DNA of 63,127 bases, counting the filler, from Choristocarpus tenellus KU-1152 (lineage: Eukaryota > Protista > Phaeophyceae): the NCBI GenBank assembly GCA_964200185.2. It is 7 parts of 7 records of this genome, joined end to end, with 100 filler letters (N's around TTAATTAATTAA, not from the genome) between each part and the next. Parts side by side here need not be neighbours in the genome. Positions count along the whole stretch, not along the records: positions 34,883 to 40,327 come from CAXNAD020010750.1; positions 40,428 to 49,725 come from CAXNAD020003800.1; positions 49,826 to 58,758 come from CAXNAD020004180.1; 4 more parts are not named here. The stretch is one strand, 5' to 3'. Position 1 is the first letter of the stretch; each line of letters begins with the position of its first letter. A program made the translations under genes and the position numbers. Shown here one piece after another: positions 40,111-51,873 of this stretch. Under the pieces are notes generated by a model. The model worked only from the letters and a program-made list of their open reading frames with translations, searched no databases and was not told where the DNA came from.

Positions 40111-40812
40111 TGTCGGTATCAATTTTTAGGAGCCCTCCTCCTGCAACCTTGAGTCGAAGAAAACGATTGGTACCCGGTGTTGTATTTTTAGGATTCTCAA
40201 AAATGTGCAAAATTCGGCTCTATGTACGAATGGGTCAAAGTATCTTGGTGGGGGGGGGGTGTCGGCGTCCTTTTTTCACCCTTTTTTCGTTTTTCACTTT
40301 TTTGGTGTGCTTTGGTCGCACGTTTCGNNNNNNNNNNNNNNNNNNNNNNNNNNNNNNNNNNNNNNNNNNNNTTAATTAATTAANNNNNNNNNNNNNNNNN
40401 NNNNNNNNNNNNNNNNNNNNNNNNNNNGTGCTCGCAGTGATTTGGTCTGTCTGGAGGGAGCTTGAAGGAGTGGTGGATGAATTTTGGGGGAGGGGGGGGG
40501 GGAGCAGAGAGATGTACTGAGGTTGTGAATATTTGGATGTTTTTTGGGTGATTGAGGAGGGGGTTAGGTGTTGATGTAGACGTGTGAAACAGGTGCTGTT
40601 TTTTTTAATGTACTTTTTTAGGAGTTGGCATGGCGGAGGCGTGATCGGAGCAGTTGATTCCATTGTAGTTGGGGTGTTGCTGACTATTGATTAGGTTTTC
40701 AGTTTTTTTGTCGGTAGAGTATGACTAACGTATGACTAACAATGGTGTACTGTTTTGACAGTGTTATGTGAAATGTGTATTTGTGGAGTGTTTGTTTTAC
40801 CTCCCCTGGAGT

Positions 40813-40881
40813 GTATGTATGTATGTATGTATGTATGTATGAACGTATATATGTATGTATGTATATATGTATGTATGTATG
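40813..40881. repeat. (TATG)n microsatellite
   Basis: Imperfect tetranucleotide run. Confidence 0.9.
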
Positions 40882-41329
40882 GTTTAGTTGTAATGAAGGA
40901 TTTCCAGATTAGTTGGCATTCTGCTAAATGACTCAATTTGATTTTTTTTTTTAACAGTATAGAGTATGCTCATTGCAGTCAACCAAATGATTACCCTTAT
41001 TTCAACATCCGTGGCCGTCCCCCCGTCCCCCCCCCCCCCCCCCCCCCCCCCCCCTCTCTGCCCCCGCCCCCCTCCCTTTGCTGTTGTGCGTGTGTTTTTT
41101 TTTTCTTGTTGTTTCTTCTGTCCTTTCTTTTTTATTTTATATTGTGTACTTTTGTTGCTGCTTATCCCCTGTACTACATTGCTGTGGATATATTCCATGT
41201 ATATAAATTATATTATTATGTATGTATATATATATATATGGAACACGAAATGAACATGTCACGTTGAATGTTCTTGGGGTTTTTTGTGGAATTAATTCAT
41301 TTTATTATTATTATTATTATTTGGTTTAG

Positions 41330-44300
41330 GTGTTTGAGACAATCAATAACCTCACCCTTCCTGCGGCATGCGAGGCTGCAAGAGTGTTTGCCATGTCATC
41401 TTCTGGAAAGGCGGCAGCTGCAGCTGCCGCTAGTGCGGGAACAGGTGGCAGAGGGCAAGGAGCTGTGGTTGAGACAAGGGTGAGCTGTTTGAATATGTGG
41501 ACCATCCATGTTAGTTTCTTGGCTTCTTGGCTTTTAAAAAAAGAAATCTATAGTTGAAGGTTATGTGTGTGTGTATGTGTGTGTATATATGTTTTCATTG
41601 TGGTAATGCTAAGATGGTGTATTCAACCTGAGAGTAATTCAAGAGAGTGCAGTTACACAGTCTATCACATGATATTTGATGACATACATGGCATTGATAA
41701 TTAATGTGAAGTAGAATTTATTGTTTTATTATTATTATACTGTTATTATTGCTACTGTTATTGTATGGTATGGTATTGAAAGTTTGTGTTGTGTATTTTG
41801 TTAGGTGGTGAGAGATTTGAGACTAACAAGACTCTGGAGTTCCATATTTTTTTGGATTTTTCCAGTTACCTCTTGAAATCTTCGTACTTTTTTGTAGTTT
41901 TGGCTGGAGTTCAGTTTTTTGTCCATACGTTTGTATACTTGAATTACTGAATTTGTAGCACTATGTAGCACTTTTTGTAGTGCCGAGTGAATGAACTGAT
42001 CGACAGTACTGATCGGGATCGGAGTTAGTGTTAGGGATATAGGAGGAATTAGGGTTAGGGATATAGGAGGAATCAAGACCAGGTCTTGATGGAAAAACAA
42101 ATCTCTACTCTTCATAATAGGATCTGTACTGTACCAAGTAGTAAGGTGTTCTTAGAGACGTAACTGATGTAACTATTCCTTATCATCGGTTAGGGTTAGG
42201 GTTGAAGTTCCCTGTATCTGACTGATGAGAAAGCCAGTTCCCTTTTTAATCACTACGTATTTGGTTGTTGTATTACTCTTTAATGCGTATGGTGGGTCTT
42301 GATTTTGTGTGTTTTTGTTTAATATCTAGGGTTAGGGTTGGGTAGAAATTAGGGTTAGGGGTTGTTTGATGTTTTGTAAAGTGGTTTTCAAAGTGTATTA
42401 GCCATTGACAGGGCTTTCTGTAGTGTTGGGTTAGGGTTAGGGTTTAGATTCGTGTGTACTTGTAGTTAGGTTGGTTAATATTTCTGTGTTGAATTACAGT
42501 AATATGTGTTTTATTTGTACTGTTTAGTTTTCATGTACCATTCAGGGTATACCTTTATTTGGCGCTTCGATCAAGGGTTAGGGCTCGGGTTCAATAGAGT
42601 GCAGCAAGGTTTAATTGCCCTGCTATACCTTCACCTCAGCAGTAGACAGTAGACAGTAGACACGGATTGTCCTTGCTATTCACTCCAATGGAGTATGGAG
42701 TAGTGGAGTCATCTGTGTACCAAGACCATGATATTTCACATTGACACATTGCATTTGCACTTATCTCCTTTCACTCACCTTGTTCTTATCTCCTTTCACT
42801 TTCATCCCGCCTATCACTTACCTTGTCCCCCCCCTCCCCCCCCTTCTTTGACATGTCTGCCTGTGGGTATGATGGGTGAATTCAGGCTGGACCGGAAGAT
42901 GGAGCTCCTCCTTTGGGTAGGTTTATATATATATATATATTTGACTGAGTGCCCTCCTGCCATCTTTTGAATTTTTATTTATATTTTTGTGTACAAGTTT
43001 TTTTCTTGTAGCACGTGTAGTGAAAATGTGAAATGTATGTATTTTATTATTATTTTGTGAATATGTATGTAAGTTATATGTATTGTATTATTATTTTGTG
43101 AATATGTATGTAAATTATATGTATAGTATTATTATTTTGTGAATATGTATGTATATTGTATGTATTGTATTATTATTTTATGAATACGTATTTATTGATT
43201 ATAATTGAATTGATTTGAACTGTAGACACACGAGGTAGCATGCTTGAAGTGTGTCCAAGTTGAAGAATGACTTGTGGTGACATGAGTTGAAGTCTCCATA
43301 GCCTCCAGGACTGAGCAGACAGAGAGATCTAAAGGCGTGAAATAGCTTTTAAAAATGTTCAGTGAGTTGTAGGTACTGATAGTGACTTGTGACGAAATGT
43401 TCTGCTATTGGACAGAAAAAGGTATGTAAAATGTTGTAGTGATTTTTAAAAATTATATTTTTTTCTTTCAAAAAATGCATAATATGTATATTTTGTTTTT
43501 TTTGTGTGTTTGAATTATTTGAATATATTTTTTTCAGAGTGTCAAGGAAGAACAAGAAAACTGTGATGAAACAAAAAATGATGAGATACAATGTAGCTCA
43601 TGTTGAGTCAGTTGGGTGCATGGTATCCCTCCCCTCCCCCTTTGACCCAGTCGCTAACCCCAACCCTAACTCTGTGTTGTGTAAGTATAAAATAAAATTA
43701 TTTGTTCTCTCAATTAATTGCCCCCAGTATCTCTCTCCACTCTCCACTCTCCACTGTGAAGAAGGGGTGCACTCTGTCAGTCAAGGATCATCTCAACATG
43801 TGTCCAGTGAGTTAGAGGAGAGCCTTCCTGAGCCGCCCTTGTCCCCACAGAGGATAACAACCACTTCTACACCTCCATCTGCTCCACTTAGGTAAGAAGG
43901 TATTCTCGACAAGTAGTAGAGTGCTTGTTGGTGATGGGGGGGGGGGGGGGGGGGTTTTTTTGAAAAAAATAGTTTTTTGGGGAGCGTAAAAAAANNNNNN
44001 NNNNTTTGGGGGGGTTTGGGGGGGGGGGGGGGGGGGGGGGGGGGTATTTTTATGAAAGCAATGGATTTTGTGAAGACTGAAAAACATTTTTTCTGCTTTT
44101 CTGAGTGTGTTTTGTTCTTATTATGATTATTATTTTATTTTATTTATTATTGGAGTACGTGTGACCTCCATTGTGAGTGTGGCTTGTCCTTTTCTGTCCC
44201 ACCTGTTTGAGGTCTGGTTGGAGCTTGACTGTTGTACTCTCCTGTGTAGGTGAGTTAGGTCTTTCCACGCTGCCCCCTCCATCCACTCTCCTCACACTTC

Positions 44301-45819
44301 TCTGTGGTGTAGTGGAAGAAGTGTGACTGTGTCAGGTGTCAAGCTATTTATTGTTCTGTCTTAGGTGTGCTTAACGATTTAGTGTGTATAACCCCTCTCT
44401 CTCTCTTTCTTCTTTCTGACCATGTTTTTGTTATTTTTGTGGGGTGTACCTTTTTGTGTCTAGGTTTCAACCTTCTCAAGAGTGGTTAGAGCAGATGAAG
44501 GCAGAGGTACCCTTGAATACCATCATGAGACTCCTGGAGAGCCTTGCACCTCAGGTAAGAGCAAGCAACACGCACGGTGATTGGTTGAATTTTTTTGGTA
44601 GAGATATTTATGCCCTGTAGGAGATTGGTCTATTAAATTTGACACTGCGTTGTGATTGGTCGGGAACGTTCAAATTTGAAAAAAAAAAAGACAATGGAGT
44701 GGAGGTATTTGATCTCATGACAAGACTGCCTTGTGCATGAATTTGGCGAAGGCGAGGCGAATAAATGGTTTTGAGTTTTTTGTTTTTTATGTGTCTTTGC
44801 CTCTTGTCCATCATGCCCCTTATCAAAAGACAATTTGATTGTTTGGGGGGTGTTGGTGTATGCTCTTGTCACAAATTGTGTTCCACTTGAAGAGCAGAGC
44901 AGAGAGAGGTTCCTTTGCTCTCGACTTAGGTGAGAGACTCTACCTACCTGCGGAACCTACGTGTCCCTTCCCTGTGCACCCTATCCCTATCCCCCCCCCC
45001 CCTTGAAGGTGGATGAGATGTGTCTCCGGTCTGCAGCCCCTGATGAGTCAGAAGTGGTGGAGTTTGTGTCCAACACTACCATGGTCGGGTAAGGACAGGA
45101 TGTGTCTATGTGATACGACTGGTCGTCCTTACTATGGGAATTTATTTATTAATTTGGAGTTTTCCGATAGTGGTACAGTTGCTGTATTAAGATGTATGTT
45201 TCATGTTGCAAATGTTGGCTCAACATTTCGATTTAGGGTTAGGGTTGTGTTTGGCCTTGTTGGTCTCTATCGTGTTCAAGATCAACCTGTTCATTTGCAA
45301 TTGGGTTGCTTGTGAGGTGATGGTTGAGAATTCCCATCTGTAACACAGATCGTATCTACTTGACATCCCAAGTTCTAATTGTATGCCCTCAAGTACTCAT
45401 CCATATCCCAGTCTCATTTAGTCTCACTGGTATCTCAGATCTCTGCTGAGATTGAAGGAAGCACAGGCAAGCGTATTATCTAGCCAACCCATTTCCCAAG
45501 TTTCCATGTACCCGTATTATCTTTTTGTTCTGCCGCACATCCCGGGTCTCTAATTGTGATCAGCCCTTTGCCTCTTTTGGCCGCAGCACCAATTCCCTTG
45601 CTTGCTCGACTGATGTAGTTTCGTATTGTGTGATGATGTTGCCCCTCCTTCAGGCTCTTGCCGGTGCCACATCCAATAGTGATTCGTAAGTATCATCCCA
45701 ACCACCACACCGCTATGTGGTTTACGGCATTTTTGTGGGGAGTGATTTACGTGCGCAGCCAGGAGCTGCCCATGTTCGACGGCGACAAGATTAGGCTCTT
45801 CACTGTGACCACATCGTGA
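41330..45819 (+). CDS. HID1: HID1 (high-temperature-induced dauer formation / dymeclin-family Golgi protein), 3' part only
   Basis: Exons 41330-41479, 43728-43891, 44464-44554, 45009-45088, 45654-45819; extra small exons at 42.9-43.6 kb are possible. FQPSQEWLEQMKAEVPLNTIMRLLESLAPQV...DESEVVEFVSNTTMVGLLPVPHPIVIRKY....TAMWFTAFLWGVIY...IRLF is the recognisable HID1 C-terminus. The 5' end is lost at the contig break. Confidence 0.92.
43035..43192. repeat. AT-rich minisatellite, ~39-41-bp unit x ~4, in HID1 intron
   Basis: tattattattttgtgaatatgtatgta..ttatatgtat repeated. Confidence 0.85.
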
Positions 45820-45885
45820 TGTTGATGCCCATAAAAGAAAAAGTCGTGATGGTGCTTGTTTGGTTCAAGTGCTGGAGTTTGCGAT

Positions 45886-45924
<39 letters not shown>

Positions 45925-46759
45925 GTGTGTTTGGTGCAGTGTTTTTAACCTTTTGCACGGGCATGGTCTATTGTGGTCTAATGGAGGCAAAGAGTGCTGT
46001 ACGTTGGATCTAAGGCAGTTTGTCTGAGCAAGCAGGACACTTTCTTTTCACCGTTGTTTTTCCGTTGAATGATGGGTCATTACTTAAGAGAGGTATTATC
46101 GCCACGATTCATGGTTTCAAGGTGTTTGCTACGACAATGGGGTGCTGGGTATGGGTTAGAAAGGGGAGGCTGGTTGTGTAATCAGTGCTGCCAGTCTTAC
46201 GAGTTCGTTGTGCATGGTGTCCATCATGTATTCAATTGGTGGGAACATGGTAGAAGTGGTAGTGGTGGTCTTCGTCTGAATGGTCTTGCCAGATCGGATA
46301 TCCTTACTGAGTGCTTGCATCTATTCTACTGCTACAACAGGGGTAAATGGTATAATTTACCTTGGGATTTTACCGCTTAGTGAGTGATCCTGGTGCTATG
46401 TGTTTGTTCATTCATTCACACACACACATACATAAATGCACACATGCTTATTGCATATTGGCACACCAGAATGGCATCAGGTTGTACTGTTGTTTTGACT
46501 CCATGTTGATGTAAGGGGTTACTCACTATTTTTTTCTCCAGCAATGAGTCGTGATTGTATGTATATATGTACATGGACCACTCGCAGTTCAAGGTCTATT
46601 GGTGATACACGACAGAGAGGTGACTGTATTGAGCTTCAGGTATCAGTTGGGTGGGGGGGCGGGGATATGTTCTTGTCGGCTCTGGTGTGTGATTGCCAAT
46701 TCTTCAAGTAGAATACTGGTTAAGATTCCTGAGTAGTACGTGGATGCAATGGTTCTGAG

Positions 46760-47270
46760 TTGCATTTTAAGGATGCTAACAAATATGTGCAAAATTCGAC
46801 TTTTTTTACAAATGTGCATTAGATATTTATATATTTAATAGTGTCGGGAAAGTTACAAATAGTACAGAAATCGGCGCCCTCAAGTCAAACTTAGACCATC
46901 CATACAAGTACGGGTGAGTTACGAAAGATTGAAGAACAGGCTTCAAATACAAAACGTCCAAAACTTGGGTGCCTCTCGTTTACTTTTACTTTGACAATCG
47001 TGAGTCAAAGCAAACGAGAGGTAACCAAAGTTGTATTTTAAAGATGCTGACAAATATGTGCAATAATTGTATATTTTTTCAAATAAATGCGTGCAGGATA
47101 TTTTCTGAGTTGTGTCCAAATTTTTTCAATAATGCAATTATTAACCTTCTCAATCAAGTCGATCTTAGCATAGCACTTCATCCATCGAAATATGAGTCAA
47201 TTGTGCAAGATTTAAAAACTGGCTTCAAATGCAAAATCCCCAAAACTTGGGTACCTCTCATTTACTTTGG
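46760..47270. repeat. Diverged tandem duplication, ~270-bp period
   Basis: attttaa.gatgct.acaaatatgtgcaa at ~46765 and ~47036; ggcttcaaat.caaaa...caaaacttgggt.cctctc.tttacttt at ~46940 and ~47221. Confidence 0.85.
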
Positions 47271-47987
47271 CTCTATCCTAACCCATATGTTTGGGTGTTC
47301 CTCTTACGTCATGTGCAACCAGTGTACGAACCTTAAGGGGTTACATTGGGGGGAATATTTCCCCCGTTTTAGTTTACTTTATCTCTATTTTTAAATCATT
47401 TTTTGTGAGGTAGTAGTAGTACTTTCGACTTCAGTGGGTAGATGCAATAGTAGTAATGTTCATTTACCTCCTACTTTGCCTAGTACAACAGACGGTTTCA
47501 ATCAATTACACATATTGGGAATAGAATAGAAAGTAGGGAGTAGATCACCGAGTATGTTTTTAGGTGTTCATTGTTCCTTCGAAGTTTTTGGGTAAATGGA
47601 TGAGGTTTACATCAATTTTTCGGATTGATTGATGAGCAATCAATCAATTCAGTCAAATTCACGTTGGAGGTTCCATTACTTTTTGTAGTTTAAGCATTAC
47701 TATAGTATATAGAATATATAGTACATGAAGAAAAAACAGAAACTACTTTTGATGAAAAATATAAGCAAAAATATGACAAATACAGAAAACATAGAAGAAA
47801 TATGTATATATGTGTATGTAGTGTACATATTGCGTTCAAGAAAAAAAACATATACTATCGATTCAGATATACTATATTGGTCGGGGACCAAAACAAGTGG
47901 ATAGAAGAATAGGGAGGAAGTAGAAAAAGGATCAATTTGGAACTACAACTTTGAACTATATTTTTCTTCACACTTTTTTTAATGAGA

Positions 47988-47996
47988 ACACGTGGC
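47988..47996 (+). promoter_or_regulatory. ACACGTGGC G-box/UPRE-like bZIP site upstream of the bZIP gene
   Basis: ACGTGG core at the end of an AT-rich intergenic tract, ~240 bp before the first in-frame ATG. Confidence 0.35.
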
Positions 47997-48237
47997 ACAA
48001 CAGAAGTGACCCGGTTGTGTCATTCCTTACCTACACACTGAAAGAACATCGAGGTGGACCTTGGGAGCACAGCTGGACGCGTTGGTCAAGCAAGGTAACT
48101 GACTTATGTTGAGTGTAATCCCGAGAGAGTGTCCTGGTGTCCCTTTTTATTTTGTCTGAAGGCTATGTTTGAGCGGGTGGAATTAATTGCGCGTCATCCT
48201 TCTCGTTTTACATGACTGCCCAGATGGCCTTGTAAGG

Positions 48238-48987
48238 ATGAAGGCGGCTGTGGTACACTGGCGACGCCGAAGGCATCACGATGATGGAGCACATGAGATC
48301 CTTCGACAAACAAACCGCGATATCACGATTAAAAACGAAGACCGGAGCGAACAGGTAGAGGAGCAAGGAGAAGACGGCACCATGTCGGATGACAGCACAT
48401 GCGGAGTCTCAGGGGTCGTGGCATTCGTCAATCCCCATGCCGCTCTAGCACGCCGGCAGAGGATGGAGAAACTTCGTATCTCTAGGGCTAGAGCGTCTGC
48501 GGCTGCTGTCGCCAGAATGGCAGGGGTTGGGAATGCCGGACAGGACCTCCATGTAACGGGCTCAGTGGAAGACAAGTCTGTTCAGAAGAAGCAGAGGATG
48601 CTTAGAAACAGGGAGAGTGCCGCCCTCTCCCGCAAACGTAAGAGGGAAAAGATCGATGACCTCGAGGCTTACATCCGGAAGCTGGAAGCCGAGAACGCTG
48701 CCCTGCGGCAAAAGATGGACCAATTCGAAAGTCGAAACCATACATCAGGTCTTCCTCCCCAACCCACTTCGCCGCACTCCTCAGAGGAGTGTGGACAAGA
48801 AGACGATGCTGATGATGTTCGCAACCCGGAGGGCTCCCACAATGGCCAACTACGCCGAACCCATGAGATTGGTAACACTGTATCCACCTACATGACATCG
48901 AACAACGTCCAGGATTTGGGAAGGCACACACCATTAGGCTATGCAGCCGCAGACTGTTTTAATTCGCGACCCGCAGTGTTTGCGTAA
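48238..48987 (+). CDS. bZIP transcription factor, unspliced form (HAC1/XBP1/bZIP60-like candidate)
   Basis: Basic region KKQRMLRNRESAALSRKRK and zipper IDDLEAYIRKLEAENAALRQKM; ends RPAVFA*. The start may be ATG 48238 or ATG 48382 (gcaccATG). Probable 5' UTR GT-AG intron at 48095-48223. Confidence 0.92.
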   Translation: MKAAVVHWRRRRHHDDGAHEILRQTNRDITIKNEDRSEQVEEQGEDGTMSDDSTCGVSGVVAFVNPHAALARRQRMEKLRISRARASAAAVARMAGVGNAGQDLHVTGSVEDKSVQKKQRMLRNRESAALSRKRKREKIDDLEAYIRKLEAENAALRQKMDQFESRNHTSGLPPQPTSPHSSEECGQEDDADDVRNPEGSHNGQLRRTHEIGNTVSTYMTSNNVQDLGRHTPLGYAAADCFNSRPAVFA

Positions 48988-49158
48988 ACACCCTTAATCG
49001 GGCCAACTTTTAAATCGTACGTGTCCTCCCCCTTCCCCCCTCCCCCCCTATACCTTTCACTCCTGTGCCTTCTGTCATGAGAGAGGGATGATTTAGGAGA
49101 GTGAGGGTGCGGAGGGGGTTGAAGGCCCATACGTTGCTGGCCCACCCTTGTCTTCCTG
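48974..49158 (+). other. Putative IRE1-excised unconventional intron (185 nt)
   Basis: Bounded by 7-nt loops CCG|CAGT (48971-48977) and CTG|CAGT (49156-49162), each on a stem. The ends are not GT-AG. Excision joins ORF 48187-48987 to ORF 49101-49532 in frame. Confidence 0.85.
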
Positions 49159-49532
49159 CAGTGAGGACAGCAGTATTGCAGCAGCATCAACCTAGTGGTA
49201 GTGTTTGCCACACCAAAAATGAAGACTCGTTCGTTGTTGGGCGTGCCCCTTCCACAATCTGGTGTACAGACGAGGATAAGGGGGAGGTGCCTGAGGAGGT
49301 GATGGGTGTGGAGGGGAATGACCTTGATGGAGAGACAACAGGGAGTAGCAGCGAGAGTGACGCCGAGATTGAGATGATAGATAAACTGTTTGTGGAGCTG
49401 GCTGGCCATGAGGGACAGAGCTTGGGTGGGGTCGGTGTTGAGGGAGGGGGGGTTGTGGATCTAGATGCAGAGCTTTACTCCTTTTTGGATGACATGGACC
49501 CCACAGACACGCCCTTTGCTAGTGAGGCTTAG
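49159..49532 (+). CDS. Second exon of the spliced bZIP factor: acidic putative activation tail
   Basis: Open frame AVRTAVLQQHQ...ESDAEIEMIDKLFVELAG...DLDAELYSFLDDMDPTDTPFASEA*. It is D/E-rich with interspersed L/F and has no ATG near its start. Confidence 0.8.
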
Positions 49533-49825
49533 GGCTGTTGGGAGTGTGGCAAATTGTGATGTAGTGTTACAAGTGTGACATCCTCTGCCTTGAGAGCACT
49601 GCTCACACGCGTGTGCGTGGAGACAATAGTGACTTGCCTATTCTGGATAGTGGGGGTTGGGGGGGGGGGACGTTAACGGCCTTTAGGTGGGCTTTATACG
49701 ATTGATGAATTTATTGCCCACTCGTNNNNNNNNNNNNNNNNNNNNNNNNNNNNNNNNNNNNNNNNNNNNTTAATTAATTAANNNNNNNNNNNNNNNNNNN
49801 NNNNNNNNNNNNNNNNNNNNNNNNN

Positions 49826-51873
49826 CCCTTGCTTATGGATGTTGTCTTTGGGCACTGTATGCTGCTCAAGTTGGGGTGGGGAGGGTTTTTCCATTGACAT
49901 CAACCCGCACAGCCCACTCTCCAAGGGAGAAACCGTATGCCTCGCAGCATTGGTTCCTGCATCCTTCCCAGCAGTGCTGTCATGTACAATATTTGCTTCT
50001 GTGTAACTCAACGCTCTACCGGAAGAGGAACTTGGCCCTTGTTGGTGGGGCGTGATGTCCTGTTGACTGTTACTCCCATAGGGTGAACTTACTTGATGCT
50101 TCGTGACACTCATTTCCTTCGCCCCTTTTTCCACAAGTAATGCTGCTTGGAGTCCTCTTCTCTCAGTCGCCATTGCCCCACCTGTTGTAGAAGATTCAAC
50201 ATTCCCCTTCACAATATTGGTCCCGCCTTCGATACTGATGCATCTCTTGCTCATACCTTCTTCTAAAGCTGCAGCCCTCCGCCCAGCTGCAGTTGCTGCC
50301 TCACGAGCCAAAGCTGTGGCTTCCCAGGCTCGACGTGAGTCATCCACCGCAGCCTTGAGGAGTGCCTCTTTCTCTCTGATCTCCGCCCGTAGTCCGGTCA
50401 CACTCTGCTTAAGGTCATCCATTGACGCACGGGTTTCACAAAGCTCAACTTCTTGTCGCCGTGCCTCAGTCTCAAGCCGAGCATTTCGCTCAGAAGAGAG
50501 GTGTATCTCACCTACTAAACGCCTTGTCTCTACCTCCAATTCCTGGCGCTGGTCCCTCCAGCCCTGCAAGCAAATGTAGTTGGATTGCCAAGGGCAAGGA
50601 TTACCTTGTGGCAATCTAATGGTAGGAGTCAAAACTTCGCAGGGGGTGTGATATTGCCAAGTACGTTGAAGTATTTCAAAGCACTTCTCATATTAAACCC
50701 AGCAAAAATATTGCTGATAGGAAGATCACTTACCAAGGCGTCAGCCTGTCGCACATCTAGCCTCTGCTGGAGGTAGGAGACCTCTCCTTCCAACTGTGTA
50801 ACTTTTTTAACCAGTGCACTACGGCTTGACTCACTGACCATAGCTTCCTGCAAACGGCGTTCCAGGGACTTAATCTGAATCATACAAAAGTAGGACAACG
50901 AAAAGAGGGATGTACAAGGCGATGTTGACCACCTCCAGCCGGAATGAGGTAAGAACAGCACCTACTCCACTCCTATATCACAGCAGTTTCATGCTCTCAG
51001 CTGGTTCACAAAATTGGAAAGGAGGTTTCCGTATCCAACAAACCTTTCCAATACGATCATGTAGGCGAGAATTGCAGCGGTCCAGTGCATCTTGCAACTT
51101 TTGCTCACTCTCAGGCAATGTCACGTGCCAATCGAGCCCCTCACTTGTAGGGGACTGATTGTCTTCAGCAGAATTTTTAGTGGTCGACAATAGGGTTGGT
51201 GACGTCCGTATATTTCGTCTCAGTATTTCAGGGTCTTCCTTGACACATCCTTCAGTCCATGATCCTTGGTTGCTTCCACTTCCCCACTCTTTGTGCTCTC
51301 TGAAAGCTGCATTACCTTCTTGTCTCAGAGGAGGCGGAAGAGCTATCCCTGGATCCCCTGATGACACACACGCAATGTCAGTCTGAATGGACTCTTTCGC
51401 GTCATCATCGGTGCCCTGGCGTCGTGGTGGGGACACGGATGAAAGCTCCCACTCAGTATGTACCCCAGTTAGAGAAGTAATTGAACCCTTCAAGCAGGGA
51501 GTAGGATTGATTGTTGGTACTTTTTCAAATGAATTTGTATAGTTTTGTGTAAAACCCTCCGGAAATATATGTCTCAGGAGCTCCTGGCGGCGCGACTCTG
51601 TCTCCCATTGAAGTTTAATACTGTCAAGGTCTCCTTGCTTTTGGTTCTCAGAGTCAGGACCAGAGTTTTGCCCAATCGCATATCCAGGATCTTCATTTCC
51701 TGTACTTTTGGAGATATGCTGTAGGAAATCGGATGGAAGAAAATTCCCCTGGACATACGAGCTTCGTCCTTCGAGCTCGTTCTCTGCCACAGGGGGGTCC
51801 CAATTGTCATCAATTTCGAGGGGGGACAAGCTTACCATCAGGTTTGATAGGTCCTTTTCTTGCGATACTAGAG
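49826..51873 (-). CDS. Coiled-coil protein of unknown function, partial (3' end at contig break; first exon uncertain)
   Basis: In-phase exons ~51873-51044, 50874-50734 and 50563 onward with canonical sites. Heptad-like E/R/K/L/A-rich segment. Confidence 0.7.

Noticed and set aside
48238-48987. Aureochrome (bZIP-LOV) identity for the bZIP gene
   Set aside because: No LOV motif (GRNCRFLQ) in either the unspliced or the spliced tail.
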